The position numbers and the translations under genes are program-made. The notes beneath the pieces are model-generated. The model made no database searches, was not told where the DNA came from, and saw only the letters and a program-made list of their open reading frames with translations. This document shows positions 9,213 to 18,824 of a stretch of 64,000 bases of DNA, in pieces (position 1 is the stretch's first letter; the number at the start of each line of letters is the position of its first letter). Origin of the DNA: an uncultured Gammaproteobacteria bacterium (GTDB lineage Bacteria; Patescibacteriota; Patescibacteriia; 2-01-FULL-39-33); the NCBI GenBank assembly GCA_964512625.1, contig CAZEKG010000002.1, positions 201,102 through 265,101 of the forward strand, given 5' to 3'.

Positions 9213-12200
9213 ATGTCTTTCGTCCATCTTCACACTCATAGCCATTATTCCCTCCTTGACGGTTTAGGGAAGATTGATGATTTAGTTAAAAAGGCGGTTG
9301 AGTATAATATGCCGGCGTTAGCCTTAACCGATCATGGCGTCATGTACGGAGCGATTGAATTTTATAAGAAAGCTAAGAAGGCGGGGATTAAGCCGATTAT
9401 CGGAGTCGAGGCTTATGTGGCGAAGAATGGTCGTTTGAATAAGCGGGCGAAAATAGATGAAAGGCCTTTCCATTTAATTCTTTTAGCTAAGAACGAGATC
9501 GGTTATCAAAACCTGGTTAAGATGACTACCTTAGCTCATTTAGAGGGATTTTATTATAAGCCGAGAATCGATTTCGAGTTGTTGAAGGAAAATCATGAAG
9601 GGCTTATTTGTCTAACGGCTTGCTTAGCCGGCGAATTGCCTCGATTGATATTGAGCGGTGAAATAGAAGCTGCTAGGGAAATGATAAAAACCTATACCGA
9701 GTTATTTGGGCCGGATAATTTTTATCTTGAAGTCCAACATCATACGACTATTCCCGAACAACAGCAAGTTAATGAAAAAATATTCGAGTTAGCGAAGGAA
9801 ACGGGAATCGGTTTAGTGGCGACTAATGATATTCATTATCCGAATAAGGATGATGAATACGCCCAGGATGCCTTACTTTGCATCCAAACAAAAAAAGTTT
9901 TAAGCGATAAGGATCGCATGTCATATATCGGCATCGATCTTTCCTTCCGTTCTCCGGAAGAAATGGCTGAGAATTTTAAAGAATACCCGGAAGCGATTGC
10001 CAATACTTTAAAAATCGCGGAGAGCTGTAATTTGGAAATTGAGCTTGGTAAAACTATTTTACCTAACTTTCCTTTACCGGAGGGGATGAGCGCCGATGAT
10101 TATTTAAAACAGCTTTGCGAGGAAGGCTTAAAGAAAAGATTTTCGGAAGTTACTCAGGAGCAAAGAGAGAGATTGGATTACGAATTAGGAATTATTGTTA
10201 AGACTGGCTACGCTGGATATTTCTTAATCGTAGCTGATTTTATTAATTGGGCGAAGGATAGCGGTATAGTCGTCGGTCCAGGTAGAGGCTCGGCCGCGGG
10301 CAGTTTCGTTTCTTATTTGACGGGTATTACTAATATCGATCCGATCAAGTACGACTTACTATTCGAGAGATTCTTGAATCCGGAGCGTATCTCCATGCCT
10401 GATATCGATACTGATTTTGCTGATGCCAGGCGTGACGATGTTTTAAAGTATGTGAGTGAAAAATACGGCCGCGATCGCGTGGCTCAAATTATTACTTTTG
10501 GAACTATGGCGGCTCGAAACGCTATTAGAGATGTTGGACGTGTTATGAGCTTGCCTTATAATTACTGCGATCGCGTCGCTAAGCTTATTCCGATGGGAAT
10601 GAAGCTGGGCGAAGCGATTGAAGCGGTTCCGGAATTCAAGGAAATTTTGGCTGAAGATCAGGGACAGCAATTACTTAAGGTAGCGAAGCGTTTGGAAGGC
10701 GTTGTTCGCCATGCCTCGACTCACGCTTGCGGCGTCGTTATTACGCCTGAATCTCTCGATTGTTACGCTCCAAGGCAATTCGGCAGTCATGGCGACGAAT
10801 CCATCGTCGTTCAATACGAAGGCAAAGGCGTTGAAGATCTCGGTTTGTTAAAAATGGACTTTCTCGGCCTTTCTAACTTAACGATTATCGAACAAGCGCT
10901 CAATATCATTAAGAAGATTCATGGCGTTGATATTGATATTGAGAACATTCCTTTAGGCGACGAGAAGGCTTTCAAGCTTTTTCAGGAAGCGAAGACGACT
11001 GGCGTATTTCAGTTGGAATCTTCCGGCATGAAAAGGTATTTAAGACAGCTTATGCCGACTGATATTGAAGATATTATCGCGATGGTCGCTCTTTATCGTC
11101 CTGGACCGATGGAATATATTCCTGATTATATTGCTGGTAAACATGGGCGAAAAAAACCTTCTTATCTTCATCCGAAATTAAAGCCAATTTTGGAAAAGAC
11201 TTATGGCGTCGCCGTTTATCAGGAGCAATTGATGCAAATCGCAAGAAGTTTGGCCGGTTTTTCTTACGGCCAGGCGGATGTTTTAAGAAAAGCGGTCGGT
11301 AAAAAGATTAAAGAGCTTTTAAACGAACAGGAAATTAAGATTATCGAGGGCATGGTTAAAAACGGCATTGATAGCAAGATCGCGAAGAAGATTTGGGAGT
11401 TTATCCTGCCTTTCGCTTCTTACGGCTTTAATCGTTCTCATGCCGCTTGTTACGCTATGATCGCTTATCAAACTGCTTATCTTAAGGCTAATTATCCGGC
11501 TGAATTCATGGCAGCGCTTTTAACCTCGGATTATCAAAACTTGGATCGAGTAGCGATTGAAGTCGAGGAATGCCGCCAGATGGGAATTGAAGTCCTATCA
11601 CCCGATGTTAATGAAAGCTTCTCGACTTTTACGGTTGTCGTCGATAGTTTAAAGGAAGAAAAATCAAGGATTCGTTTCGGACTTTTAGCGGTTAAGGGTT
11701 TGGGAGAAAATATTATCAAAGCTATTTTAAACGAAAGGAAGGAAAACGGCCGATACGTGAGTTTGGAGGATTTTCTCTCTCGAGTAAAGAATAAAGATTT
11801 GAATAAAAGGTCATTGGAATCAATGATTAAATCAGGTTGTCTTGATAGTTTGGGTGAACGTAATAATCTTTTGCTTAATATGGAGAAAATGCTTAACTTT
11901 ATCCAGGAAAGCAATAAAAATCAGGATTCCAATCAAGTCAGTCTTTTCGGTTCCAGTATGGAAAAGAATTGGACTAAATTAAGACTTGACCAGTATGAGC
12001 CGATGGATAAGAAGCAGAAGCTGATTTGGGAAAAGGAATATTTAGGCATGTATGTCAGCGAACATCCCATGAATGATTTTTCAGCCGGCCTGGCCGGTTT
12101 TACCGCCAGTTGCAATAGCTTGAAAAGCTGTGTGGCCGGCAGCGAGGTTAGGGTAGCGGGAGTTGTTACTAGTATTAAAAAGATCTTGACTAAAAAAGGC

Positions 12201-12752
12201 GACGCCATGCTTTTTGTGAAAATGGAAGATACGAAAGGCGATGTCGAAGTCCTGGTTTTTCCAAGAGTTTATGAACAAAACATGAATCTTTGGCAGGTTG
12301 ATAATATTATTATTTGTTCCGGTAAGATTACGGATAAGGATGAGGAAATAAAGATTATTTGCGATCGTGCCTTGATTTTAACTACTGAAAATCAGCAGGA
12401 AGTTATTAATAGTTTTCTTTTAGTCTCATCCTCAAGTAATAATCGCAGCCGTTTCTTTAATAAGGGTCAATCAAAGGAAAATAGCGACTATAATAGTCGA
12501 GGCGCCATGAAACAGGTTGGAGAAAAAACTTTACAACTTAAATTAAAAGAACCCCTGGAACATGAGATTTCCGTAAGAGTAAAAGAAGCGATAATCCGTT
12601 TTCCTGGCAATCATAATTTGGAAATCTTAGTTTATAAAGCTTCGGGCAATCAGCAAAGAGTGCGAACTAGCTTCCGCATAAGTACGGAAGAAAAACTTTT
12701 AGCTGAACTTAAATCAATTTTAGGCGAAGAAGAAGTTGCGGTTGTTAATTGA
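9213..12752 (+). CDS. dnaE: DNA polymerase III alpha subunit
   Basis: PHP domain start MSFVHLHTHSHYSLLDG, polymerase core motifs, an OB-fold, and a C-terminal extension; 1179 aa. Confidence 0.9.
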   Translation: MSFVHLHTHSHYSLLDGLGKIDDLVKKAVEYNMPALALTDHGVMYGAIEFYKKAKKAGIKPIIGVEAYVAKNGRLNKRAKIDERPFHLILLAKNEIGYQNLVKMTTLAHLEGFYYKPRIDFELLKENHEGLICLTACLAGELPRLILSGEIEAAREMIKTYTELFGPDNFYLEVQHHTTIPEQQQVNEKIFELAKETGIGLVATNDIHYPNKDDEYAQDALLCIQTKKVLSDKDRMSYIGIDLSFRSPEEMAENFKEYPEAIANTLKIAESCNLEIELGKTILPNFPLPEGMSADDYLKQLCEEGLKKRFSEVTQEQRERLDYELGIIVKTGYAGYFLIVADFINWAKDSGIVVGPGRGSAAGSFVSYLTGITNIDPIKYDLLFERFLNPERISMPDIDTDFADARRDDVLKYVSEKYGRDRVAQIITFGTMAARNAIRDVGRVMSLPYNYCDRVAKLIPMGMKLGEAIEAVPEFKEILAEDQGQQLLKVAKRLEGVVRHASTHACGVVITPESLDCYAPRQFGSHGDESIVVQYEGKGVEDLGLLKMDFLGLSNLTIIEQALNIIKKIHGVDIDIENIPLGDEKAFKLFQEAKTTGVFQLESSGMKRYLRQLMPTDIEDIIAMVALYRPGPMEYIPDYIAGKHGRKKPSYLHPKLKPILEKTYGVAVYQEQLMQIARSLAGFSYGQADVLRKAVGKKIKELLNEQEIKIIEGMVKNGIDSKIAKKIWEFILPFASYGFNRSHAACYAMIAYQTAYLKANYPAEFMAALLTSDYQNLDRVAIEVEECRQMGIEVLSPDVNESFSTFTVVVDSLKEEKSRIRFGLLAVKGLGENIIKAILNERKENGRYVSLEDFLSRVKNKDLNKRSLESMIKSGCLDSLGERNNLLLNMEKMLNFIQESNKNQDSNQVSLFGSSMEKNWTKLRLDQYEPMDKKQKLIWEKEYLGMYVSEHPMNDFSAGLAGFTASCNSLKSCVAGSEVRVAGVVTSIKKILTKKGDAMLFVKMEDTKGDVEVLVFPRVYEQNMNLWQVDNIIICSGKITDKDEEIKIICDRALILTTENQQEVINSFLLVSSSSNNRSRFFNKGQSKENSDYNSRGAMKQVGEKTLQLKLKEPLEHEISVRVKEAIIRFPGNHNLEILVYKASGNQQRVRTSFRISTEEKLLAELKSILGEEEVAVVN

Positions 12753-12755
12753 AAA

Positions 12756-12764
12756 TGATATAAT
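12756..12764 (+). promoter_or_regulatory. Extended -10 element (tgatataat) upstream of 12815
   Basis: TGnTATAAT match about 50 nt before the start codon. Confidence 0.3.
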
Positions 12765-12814
12765 ATAAACATCGTTAATAGGATTGAAATAATTAAAGAA
12801 GAAAAAGTCATAAT

Positions 12815-13747
12815 ATGGAGTTTGTCCCATTGTTGGCTTTAGTCCCGCTTCTTATCATTTCTTGGTATTTTTACCGGACTTGGTATCGTGGCGCTAATAC
12901 TAATTCAACCAGCGCTCTAAATAAGTATTCTAAAGACCTTACTCTTTTGGCTAACCAAAATCGTCTTGATCCGGTTATCGGAAGAAGTGAAGAAATCGGA
13001 AGAGTTATCCAAATCCTTTCTCGGAAGTCGAAAAATAATCCTGTTTTAGTCGGAGGCGCCGGTGTCGGTAAGACGGCCATAGCTGAGGGCTTGGCTTTAG
13101 CTATTTATAAAAAGAAAGTTACCCCCGCTCTTTTTAATAAGCGGGTTTTAGCTCTTGATTTGCCTAATATTTTAGCTGGAACGAAGTATCGAGGCGAATT
13201 TGAGCAGAGATTAAAAAAAATAACTGATGAGATCGTACGATCCCAAAGGACAATCATCTTATTTATTGACGAAATTCATATTTTAGCCGAGGCTGGCCAA
13301 GCCGAGGGAGCAATAAATGCCGCTGATATCTTAAAGCCTTTATTGGCTCGAGGAGAACTTCAGGTTGTTGGCGCCACAACCAGGGAAGAATATGAAAAAT
13401 ATATTACTAACGATAAAACTTTAGCGAGGCGCCTACAGCCGGTATATGTTCGCGAAGCTAATCCTGCTCAAACAAAGGAAATCTTGAAAGGTGTTAAGCC
13501 AGTGTATGAAAAATATCACGATGTTGTTATAAAAGACGAAGCCTTGGATGAAGCTGTTAAGGCGACTAACAAGATAAAAGACAGGTACTACCCGGATAAG
13601 GCCATTGATGCGATTGATGAGGCTTGCAGTAAAGTCAGAATTGATTTCGTTTCCAAAGAAGCTAATAAGAATAATAAAAATAAATTATATATAACCGCCA
13701 AGGATGTCCAGGGGGTTGTAGCTGCTTGGAACCAATTCAAAAATTGA
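12815..13747 (+). CDS. Membrane-anchored Clp/Hsp100-type AAA+ ATPase consisting only of a D1 (NBD1) domain
   Basis: Aligns with the ClpB D1 region ([44 protein letters not shown]; Walker B ILFIDEIH; sensor and arginine region). Has an N-terminal TM helix; no N-domain, M-domain or D2; ends after the D1 small domain. Confidence 0.7.
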   Translation: MEFVPLLALVPLLIISWYFYRTWYRGANTNSTSALNKYSKDLTLLANQNRLDPVIGRSEEIGRVIQILSRKSKNNPVLVGGAGVGKTAIAEGLALAIYKKKVTPALFNKRVLALDLPNILAGTKYRGEFEQRLKKITDEIVRSQRTIILFIDEIHILAEAGQAEGAINAADILKPLLARGELQVVGATTREEYEKYITNDKTLARRLQPVYVREANPAQTKEILKGVKPVYEKYHDVVIKDEALDEAVKATNKIKDRYYPDKAIDAIDEACSKVRIDFVSKEANKNNKNKLYITAKDVQGVVAAWNQFKN

Positions 13748-13762
13748 TTTTAAAAGAAAAAT

Positions 13763-14872
13763 ATGCCTAAAGTTAATCTTTATCGTAATATTGCCATAAC
13801 TTTTATCGCGGTAGCTGTCGTTTTAGCGGTTTCAGTTTGTTTTTTTTCATACAGCAAAGCGGTTATTACTATTACGCCAGATACGCAAAATGTTAAGTTA
13901 AGCTTTAATGCTGAGGTGAAGGCAAATCCTGATAGTGAGGAATTGGCTGAAAAAGATATTATTTCTGGTTATTTCGTTTCTGCTAATAAAACAGAAGTAG
14001 GATCTTTTAATGTCAGTACGACTAAAATGATCGCCAAATCCAACATTGTTGGTAGAGTAAAGATTGTGAACGAATCGTCGAAGAGCCAAACTTTAGTTAA
14101 GACGACCCAACTTCAATCGGAAACAGGCGTAATCGTTAGGACTAATCAATCTATTGTCGTTCCAGCCGGAGGTAGTGTTTCAGTCGAGGTTTTTCCGAAA
14201 GAACCCGCTAGTTTTACTGAGTTAGAGCCGGGAACTTTTAAAATAATAAAGCTTAATCCTGCTCTGCAGGAAAAGATATATGGAACAAGTGAAGAAGTTT
14301 TAAGCTCGGAAGCGAAAGAAGTCGGAGTTTTGGGCACTAATGATATTAATAAAGCAAAAGCGGAACTTTCAGCTAAGATGACAGCTGATTTTAGGCAAGA
14401 AATGAATTTAAGCGAATCGGAAGCCTTGGCTGTTAAAGTTATTAAGGTTAAGACTGATAAGAAAGTAGGAGATGAAGCGACTAGCTTTAATCTTGAATTA
14501 ACTTTAGAGATTAAAAGGCTTAATTTCGAGCAGTCTCAGTTATTAGCCTTAATAAATCGCAAGATTAAGAATCTTAATATTTCCATGCCGCCTTTAAGTA
14601 AATTAGAGCCTGGGGATTTGAAGGTTGTTGTTACTGATCAAACGGTTGGCGGTCCCGTCCAAATAAAAGTTGATTATGAATTCCATCCTAAGCTCGACGT
14701 TGCTAATCCTGTTTTGAGCCGCAAGGAAATGGCAGGCAAGGGGATTGAAGAAGTAAAGGAAGAATTGGAAAGTAGTGGTGTTGTTAAGGAAGCAGTCATA
14801 AAGGTTTCTCCGACTTGGGAGGATAAGCTGCCGAATAAACCGGAGAGAATAAAGATTATAATAAAGGAGTAG
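13763..14872 (+). CDS. Single-pass membrane / exported protein, hypothetical
   Basis: N-terminal TM/signal anchor and a long K/E/V/S-rich soluble domain. Confidence 0.45.
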   Translation: MPKVNLYRNIAITFIAVAVVLAVSVCFFSYSKAVITITPDTQNVKLSFNAEVKANPDSEELAEKDIISGYFVSANKTEVGSFNVSTTKMIAKSNIVGRVKIVNESSKSQTLVKTTQLQSETGVIVRTNQSIVVPAGGSVSVEVFPKEPASFTELEPGTFKIIKLNPALQEKIYGTSEEVLSSEAKEVGVLGTNDINKAKAELSAKMTADFRQEMNLSESEALAVKVIKVKTDKKVGDEATSFNLELTLEIKRLNFEQSQLLALINRKIKNLNISMPPLSKLEPGDLKVVVTDQTVGGPVQIKVDYEFHPKLDVANPVLSRKEMAGKGIEEVKEELESSGVVKEAVIKVSPTWEDKLPNKPERIKIIIKE

Positions 14873-15070
14873 GAAATAATTAATTGGTATTTGCGAGCGT
14901 TAAAAAATATTGTGCCAATTTTTGGCGGGAGCGACAGGAAATTATCGCAAGCGGAGCGTCAGATAATTTCCAGGAGCGAAGCCGAATAATTTGGCCATGA
15001 TTTTTTACAGCGAGCGATTTTTCTTTTTGTTAGCTTTTTCTTTTCTAAAAAAGAAAAAGTAAGAATAAGG
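14873..15070 (+). repeat. Intergenic repeat family R1, copy B (core 14888-15070)
   Basis: About 4 substitutions relative to copy A across 184 nt; sits immediately after the stop of 13763..14872. Confidence 0.85.
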
Positions 15071-15097
15071 AATTAATAATCAAACTCTCTTTATATA

Positions 15098-15136
15098 CTT
15101 GTCATCCCGAGAGAGCGTAGCGACCGTGGGGATCCC
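15098..15136 (+). repeat. Solo copy of the 'tgtcatcccgag...cgaccgtggggatccc' unit (the same unit forms the IR arms at 23907-24070)
   Basis: cttgtcatcccgagagagcgtagcgaccgtggggatccc is nearly identical to the left arm at 23907-23949. Confidence 0.7.
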
Positions 15137-15182
15137 TTGGAAATAGATTAAATCTTTAATCGCCTCGGCAAACCCCTCCTAA

Positions 15183-15203
15183 CCTCCCCTTGGTAAGGGG
15201 AGG
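15183..15203. repeat. C/G-rich 9-bp hairpin (cctcccctt-ggt-aaggggagg); a related module lies at 2085-2110 and 28370-28395
   Basis: Perfect stem; not followed by a T-run on either strand. Confidence 0.5.
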
Positions 15204-15249
15204 AAAAATAACACTAATTAATTTCCCAACTAACTAATCATTTTTCCTT

Positions 15250-15283
15250 CGCCATTGATTAATGGCGGTTTTTTTGTTATAAT
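15250..15283 (+). promoter_or_regulatory. Hairpin plus T-run (cgccatt-gatt-aatggcg-TTTTTTT) overlapping a -10-like tataat ahead of miaB
   Basis: Terminator-like structure followed immediately by TATAAT 24 nt before the miaB ATG. Confidence 0.35.
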
Positions 15284-15307
15284 CATTTTTACCTATCAAA
15301 TACTTTT

Positions 15308-16585
15308 ATGATGAATAAGAAATATTATTTAATCGTTTTCGGCTGCCAAATGAATTGGTCTGACAGTGAAAGATTGGAATCAATCTTGACCGCCTCTGGC
15401 TATGAAAAAACTAATACTGAATCGGAGGCCGATCTTATTGCAGTCGTAGCTTGTTCTGTCCGCCAAGCGGCTATTGATCGCGTTGACGGTAAATCTCGCC
15501 AATGGCAAAAAAAGCGCCAAGCCGGAAGATTGATTTGTATTTTGAGCGGTTGTGTTCTTGAGCGGGATAAGAAGAAATTAGCCGATCGGTTTGATTTTAT
15601 TTTTTCGCCCGAGGAGATGAACGAATTACCAGCTAAGATATCCGAACTTGAATTAGTTCTTAAAGATGATTATTTAGCGATTGAGCCGGAATACAATTCT
15701 AATTTTAAGGCTTATGTGCCGATTATGACCGGTTGCAACAATTTTTGTTCGTATTGCGTAGTACCTTATACGCGCGGTCGGGAAAAATCGCGCCCGGCCG
15801 GAGAGATTTTGGCTCAGTGCCGCGATTTGATCGAGAAGGGATATAAGGAAATAACTCTTTTGGGTCAAAATGTCAATTCCTATCGTAATCCCGATCTAGA
15901 GAGTAAAGAGATTGGCGATTTTCCGCAACTTCTAAAAGCTATAGACGAAATCCCAGGCGATTATTGGTTGAGATTCCTGACTTCCCATCCTAAAGATTGT
16001 TCCAAGAACTTGATTCAGGTTATGGCCGAGGGAGATCATATTGCGCCTCACCTTCATTTAGCTATCCAATCGGGAGACGAGGAAATATTGAAGAAGATGA
16101 ACCGCCATTATACGCCGGAGCATTTCATAAGCTTAGTTAAGGACGCACGAGAAGCGCTCAAGGAAATCGCTATTTCAACCGATATTATTGTCGGTTTTCC
16201 GGGGGAGAGTCTCGAGGCTTTTAACAATACAGCGAAGATGATGGAAGAGGCGAAATTCGATATGGCTTATCTTTCCCAGTATTCGCCTCGAATAGGAACG
16301 GCGGCTTCGAAGCTTAAGAATGATGTGCCGAAAAAAGAAAAGAAGCGCCGGGAAGAAGAATTAAATGAAGTACTTAAAATAACCGCTAAAGAGCATAATG
16401 ATCGATTTAAGGGTTTAAAAACTCGCGTCTTAGTCGATTCTTGGCGGTCAGGCAAATGCTTTGGGAAGAATGCTCAGTTTAAAACCGTTGCTTTTGAAGG
16501 GGAAAAGGAGCTTATTGGTCGTTTTGTCGAAGTTGAGGTTATAAAAGTTACTCCTTGGGGCTTTACTGGTCAGGCCTTGACATAA
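15308..16585 (+). CDS. miaB: tRNA-i6A37 methylthiotransferase MiaB (radical SAM MTTase with TRAM domain)
   Basis: N-terminal MTTase domain, radical SAM CNNFCSYCVVP, C-terminal TRAM domain. Confidence 0.85.
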   Translation: MMNKKYYLIVFGCQMNWSDSERLESILTASGYEKTNTESEADLIAVVACSVRQAAIDRVDGKSRQWQKKRQAGRLICILSGCVLERDKKKLADRFDFIFSPEEMNELPAKISELELVLKDDYLAIEPEYNSNFKAYVPIMTGCNNFCSYCVVPYTRGREKSRPAGEILAQCRDLIEKGYKEITLLGQNVNSYRNPDLESKEIGDFPQLLKAIDEIPGDYWLRFLTSHPKDCSKNLIQVMAEGDHIAPHLHLAIQSGDEEILKKMNRHYTPEHFISLVKDAREALKEIAISTDIIVGFPGESLEAFNNTAKMMEEAKFDMAYLSQYSPRIGTAASKLKNDVPKKEKKRREEELNEVLKITAKEHNDRFKGLKTRVLVDSWRSGKCFGKNAQFKTVAFEGEKELIGRFVEVEVIKVTPWGFTGQALT

Positions 16586-16720
16586 TCTTGATTTTATTAT
16601 AATATAACAATTCACGTTGAAATAAACGGGTTGTTTTGTTCTTTAGTAAGGGGCGTGTGAGTAAGGTTTTCTTGTCACTTATACCATATTACCACTATTT
16701 TTATTTATCGGCCTGTTCAG

Positions 16721-17053
16721 ATGGGCATGGTCGATAATGTTTTTTGGAGTGTTGGTAATTGTGATCTTGTTGCACGAAGTAGCAGGATCAATGAAATATG
16801 GGAGCTACTACAGGAGGGAAAAAGGGAAGTGAAGCAAGAACAGGGAAGAAGGAAGGAAGCATTGACTACAAGCCTCCAGGATGCACATAAAATCCTAAGG
16901 AGTCAAGGAGTCATTATTGCTTCTCATGGCACTAAGTGCCGTGCATGTTCAAAAGACGTGAGCTTCAAGGGGGTCAAGTACGTTCCTGGTTACGGGAGTG
17001 TTTGTCTTTCCTGTGTCTCGGGTCAAACTGCATTAATCGCCCAACCGGCCTAA
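16721..17053 (+). CDS. Small zinc-ribbon-like protein (CRAC...CLSC), hypothetical; atypical codon usage
   Basis: 110-aa ORF with two CxxC pairs and its own terminator at 17044-17066; codon and composition differ from neighbours (AGG/GGG/AAG-rich). Confidence 0.35.
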   Translation: MGMVDNVFWSVGNCDLVARSSRINEIWELLQEGKREVKQEQGRRKEALTTSLQDAHKILRSQGVIIASHGTKCRACSKDVSFKGVKYVPGYGSVCLSCVSGQTALIAQPA

Positions 17054-17066
17054 ACAGCCGGTTTTT
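17044..17066 (+). terminator. Rho-independent terminator (accggc-ctaaaca-gccggt-TTTTT)
   Basis: 6-bp GC stem with a T-run directly after the stop of 16721..17053. Confidence 0.6.
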
Positions 17067-17134
17067 ATTTTGTTTAAAAAGTACTTTCTCATGATTGCTA
17101 TTTATCACTTTTCGTATTACAATGACTTTTAATT

Positions 17135-18136
17135 ATGAAAATAAAAAACAAAAAACTTATTGTCATTCTTGGTCCGACCGCAACCGGTAAAACTAAGTTG
17201 GCGGTTCGCTTAGCCTCCGAATTTAACGGAGAGATAATTTCCGCCGATAGCCGTCAAGTCTTCCGAGGAATGGATATTGGGACAGGCAAGGATTTAGGCG
17301 AGTACAGCTTAAAACCCCTTAAAAAGCCTAATAAAGCCCTAGGAGCGGCTTCTAGAAGGCCACTCAAAGCCTCCAAGGGGCTTTTTAAAGTGCCTTATCA
17401 TTTAATTGACATAATCAGCCCCAAGACGGAATTTAATGTTGCTAAGTATCAAAAAATGGCTTACAAGGCCATTGAGGGGGTACAGGAAACGGATAAAATA
17501 CCGTTTCTAGTCGGCGGGACGGGGTTGTATATTGATGCGGTGATTAAAGGATATAGTTTTAGTAATTTTAAGTTTCTAATTTCTAATTCCAAAGGAATCC
17601 GGCAAAAATTAGATCAATTAAATTTAAGACAGTTACTAGCGCGACTGAAGAAAGTCGACCCGGAAACTTATGATAAAATTGATAAGAAGAATCGACGCCG
17701 GGTTCAGCGCGCCTTAGAAATATATTATGAAACCGGCAAGAAAAAATCGGAAGCGGCGCCGGCGGTAAAACCTGATTATGATATACTGATCATTGGTTTG
17801 AAATTCCCCATGGAGGAAATTTATAAAAAGATTGATAGCCGATTGGAAAATAGAATTAAAGAGGGAATGATCAAGGAAATAAAAAAACTCCGCCGAGAGG
17901 GAGTGAGCTGGAAAAGAATGGAAGAGTTCGGGCTGGAATATCGTTATGTTTCCCGTTATGTCCGCGGACTAATAACTTACGAAGAATTGATCGACCAGCT
18001 TAAACGAGAAATTCATCATTTTGCTAAACGGCAAATGACCTGGTTTAAAAGAAATCCAGAAATAAAATGGGTTAGTAGTTATAAGGAAGCGAGGAATTTA
18101 ATCAAGGATTTTAAAAAAAATAAAACTAAGAAGTAA
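17135..18136 (+). CDS. miaA: tRNA dimethylallyltransferase MiaA
   Basis: P-loop LIVILGPTATGKTKLAV and the SADSRQVFRGMDIGTGK motif; carries an insertion of about 35 aa (LKPLKKPNKALGAASRRPLKASKGLF) relative to canonical MiaA. Confidence 0.85.
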   Translation: MKIKNKKLIVILGPTATGKTKLAVRLASEFNGEIISADSRQVFRGMDIGTGKDLGEYSLKPLKKPNKALGAASRRPLKASKGLFKVPYHLIDIISPKTEFNVAKYQKMAYKAIEGVQETDKIPFLVGGTGLYIDAVIKGYSFSNFKFLISNSKGIRQKLDQLNLRQLLARLKKVDPETYDKIDKKNRRRVQRALEIYYETGKKKSEAAPAVKPDYDILIIGLKFPMEEIYKKIDSRLENRIKEGMIKEIKKLRREGVSWKRMEEFGLEYRYVSRYVRGLITYEELIDQLKREIHHFAKRQMTWFKRNPEIKWVSSYKEARNLIKDFKKNKTKK

Positions 18137-18138
18137 AA

Positions 18139-18171
18139 AGCGTCTCCCCTTAGGAGGCGCTTTGAGTTTTT
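18139..18171. terminator. Probable bidirectional terminator between miaA (+) and 18150..18461 (-)
   Basis: Imperfect gcgtctcc/ggaggcgc hairpin followed by tttgagttttt. Confidence 0.4.
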
Positions 18172-18461
18172 CGGCCAGGGCGAAGCTCGTAAAGACGGAG
18201 TTTGGGGAAAGTAATTATTTCCCCGTCTTTTTTCTCGATCGGTTTCGGATAGATTCCTAGCCAATCAGTCTTTTTCATGTAGTCTCCGAACCATGGAGGC
18301 ATGAAATGAAGAGTAAAAACCTTGTCGTGAGCAAAGCCTCTCATGAAGCTTTTTAGCAGTTTTTTGGCTCGGAGGTGGTCGTCTTCCGAGCCAAAGCCGA
18401 GACTTAGAGGATATAGATGTTCAGTAAGAAGCTGAGGCCCGACTTCTACTTGTTTTGGCAT
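18150..18461 (-). CDS. Hypothetical protein (103 aa)
   Basis: ORF only; tightly packed with two further small minus-strand ORFs and gatB. Confidence 0.4.
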   Translation of the reverse strand: MPKQVEVGPQLLTEHLYPLSLGFGSEDDHLRAKKLLKSFMRGFAHDKVFTLHFMPPWFGDYMKKTDWLGIYPKPIEKKDGEIITFPKLRLYELRPGRKTQSAS

Positions 18462-18537
18462 TGCGATTTACTCCTCAGTTTAGAATTTGGAATGAGCGCG
18501 TCGATTACGTGATTTAATTTTAACACTCTTTCAAAAA

Positions 18538-18819
18538 TTAAGAAAATATATTTTCATATTCTTCGACAACGCTCTGGGCAAAGTAATTGAGAGGGTCATA
18601 TGAGTTATCTCCCTTTTTATTTTCAAGGTATTGTTTGGCTACGGGATAGATTCTTTCCAATTGCCTTGGGGCAACTATTTTTTTTAAATCATCTCCCGGG
18701 TGATAGCCTTCGGCTAGGGCTAAAAACATTTGACCTTCCATGGTTTTCTCAAAGGGATTTTCTTCTTCGAGGATAGAGCTAACCCAAAGGCTATTTTCTC
18801 TTTCTTCAAATGATGACAT
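18538..18819 (-). CDS. Hypothetical acidic small protein (93 aa)
   Basis: ORF only. Confidence 0.35.
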   Translation of the reverse strand: MSSFEERENSLWVSSILEEENPFEKTMEGQMFLALAEGYHPGDDLKKIVAPRQLERIYPVAKQYLENKKGDNSYDPLNYFAQSVVEEYENIFS

Positions 18820-18824
18820 ATTTT

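Noticed and set aside
10443-12278. Antisense ORFs within dnaE (10443..10670, 11534..11914, 11933..12208, 12081..12278)
   Set aside because: Embedded in a conserved, continuous dnaE reading frame; typical spurious antisense ORFs
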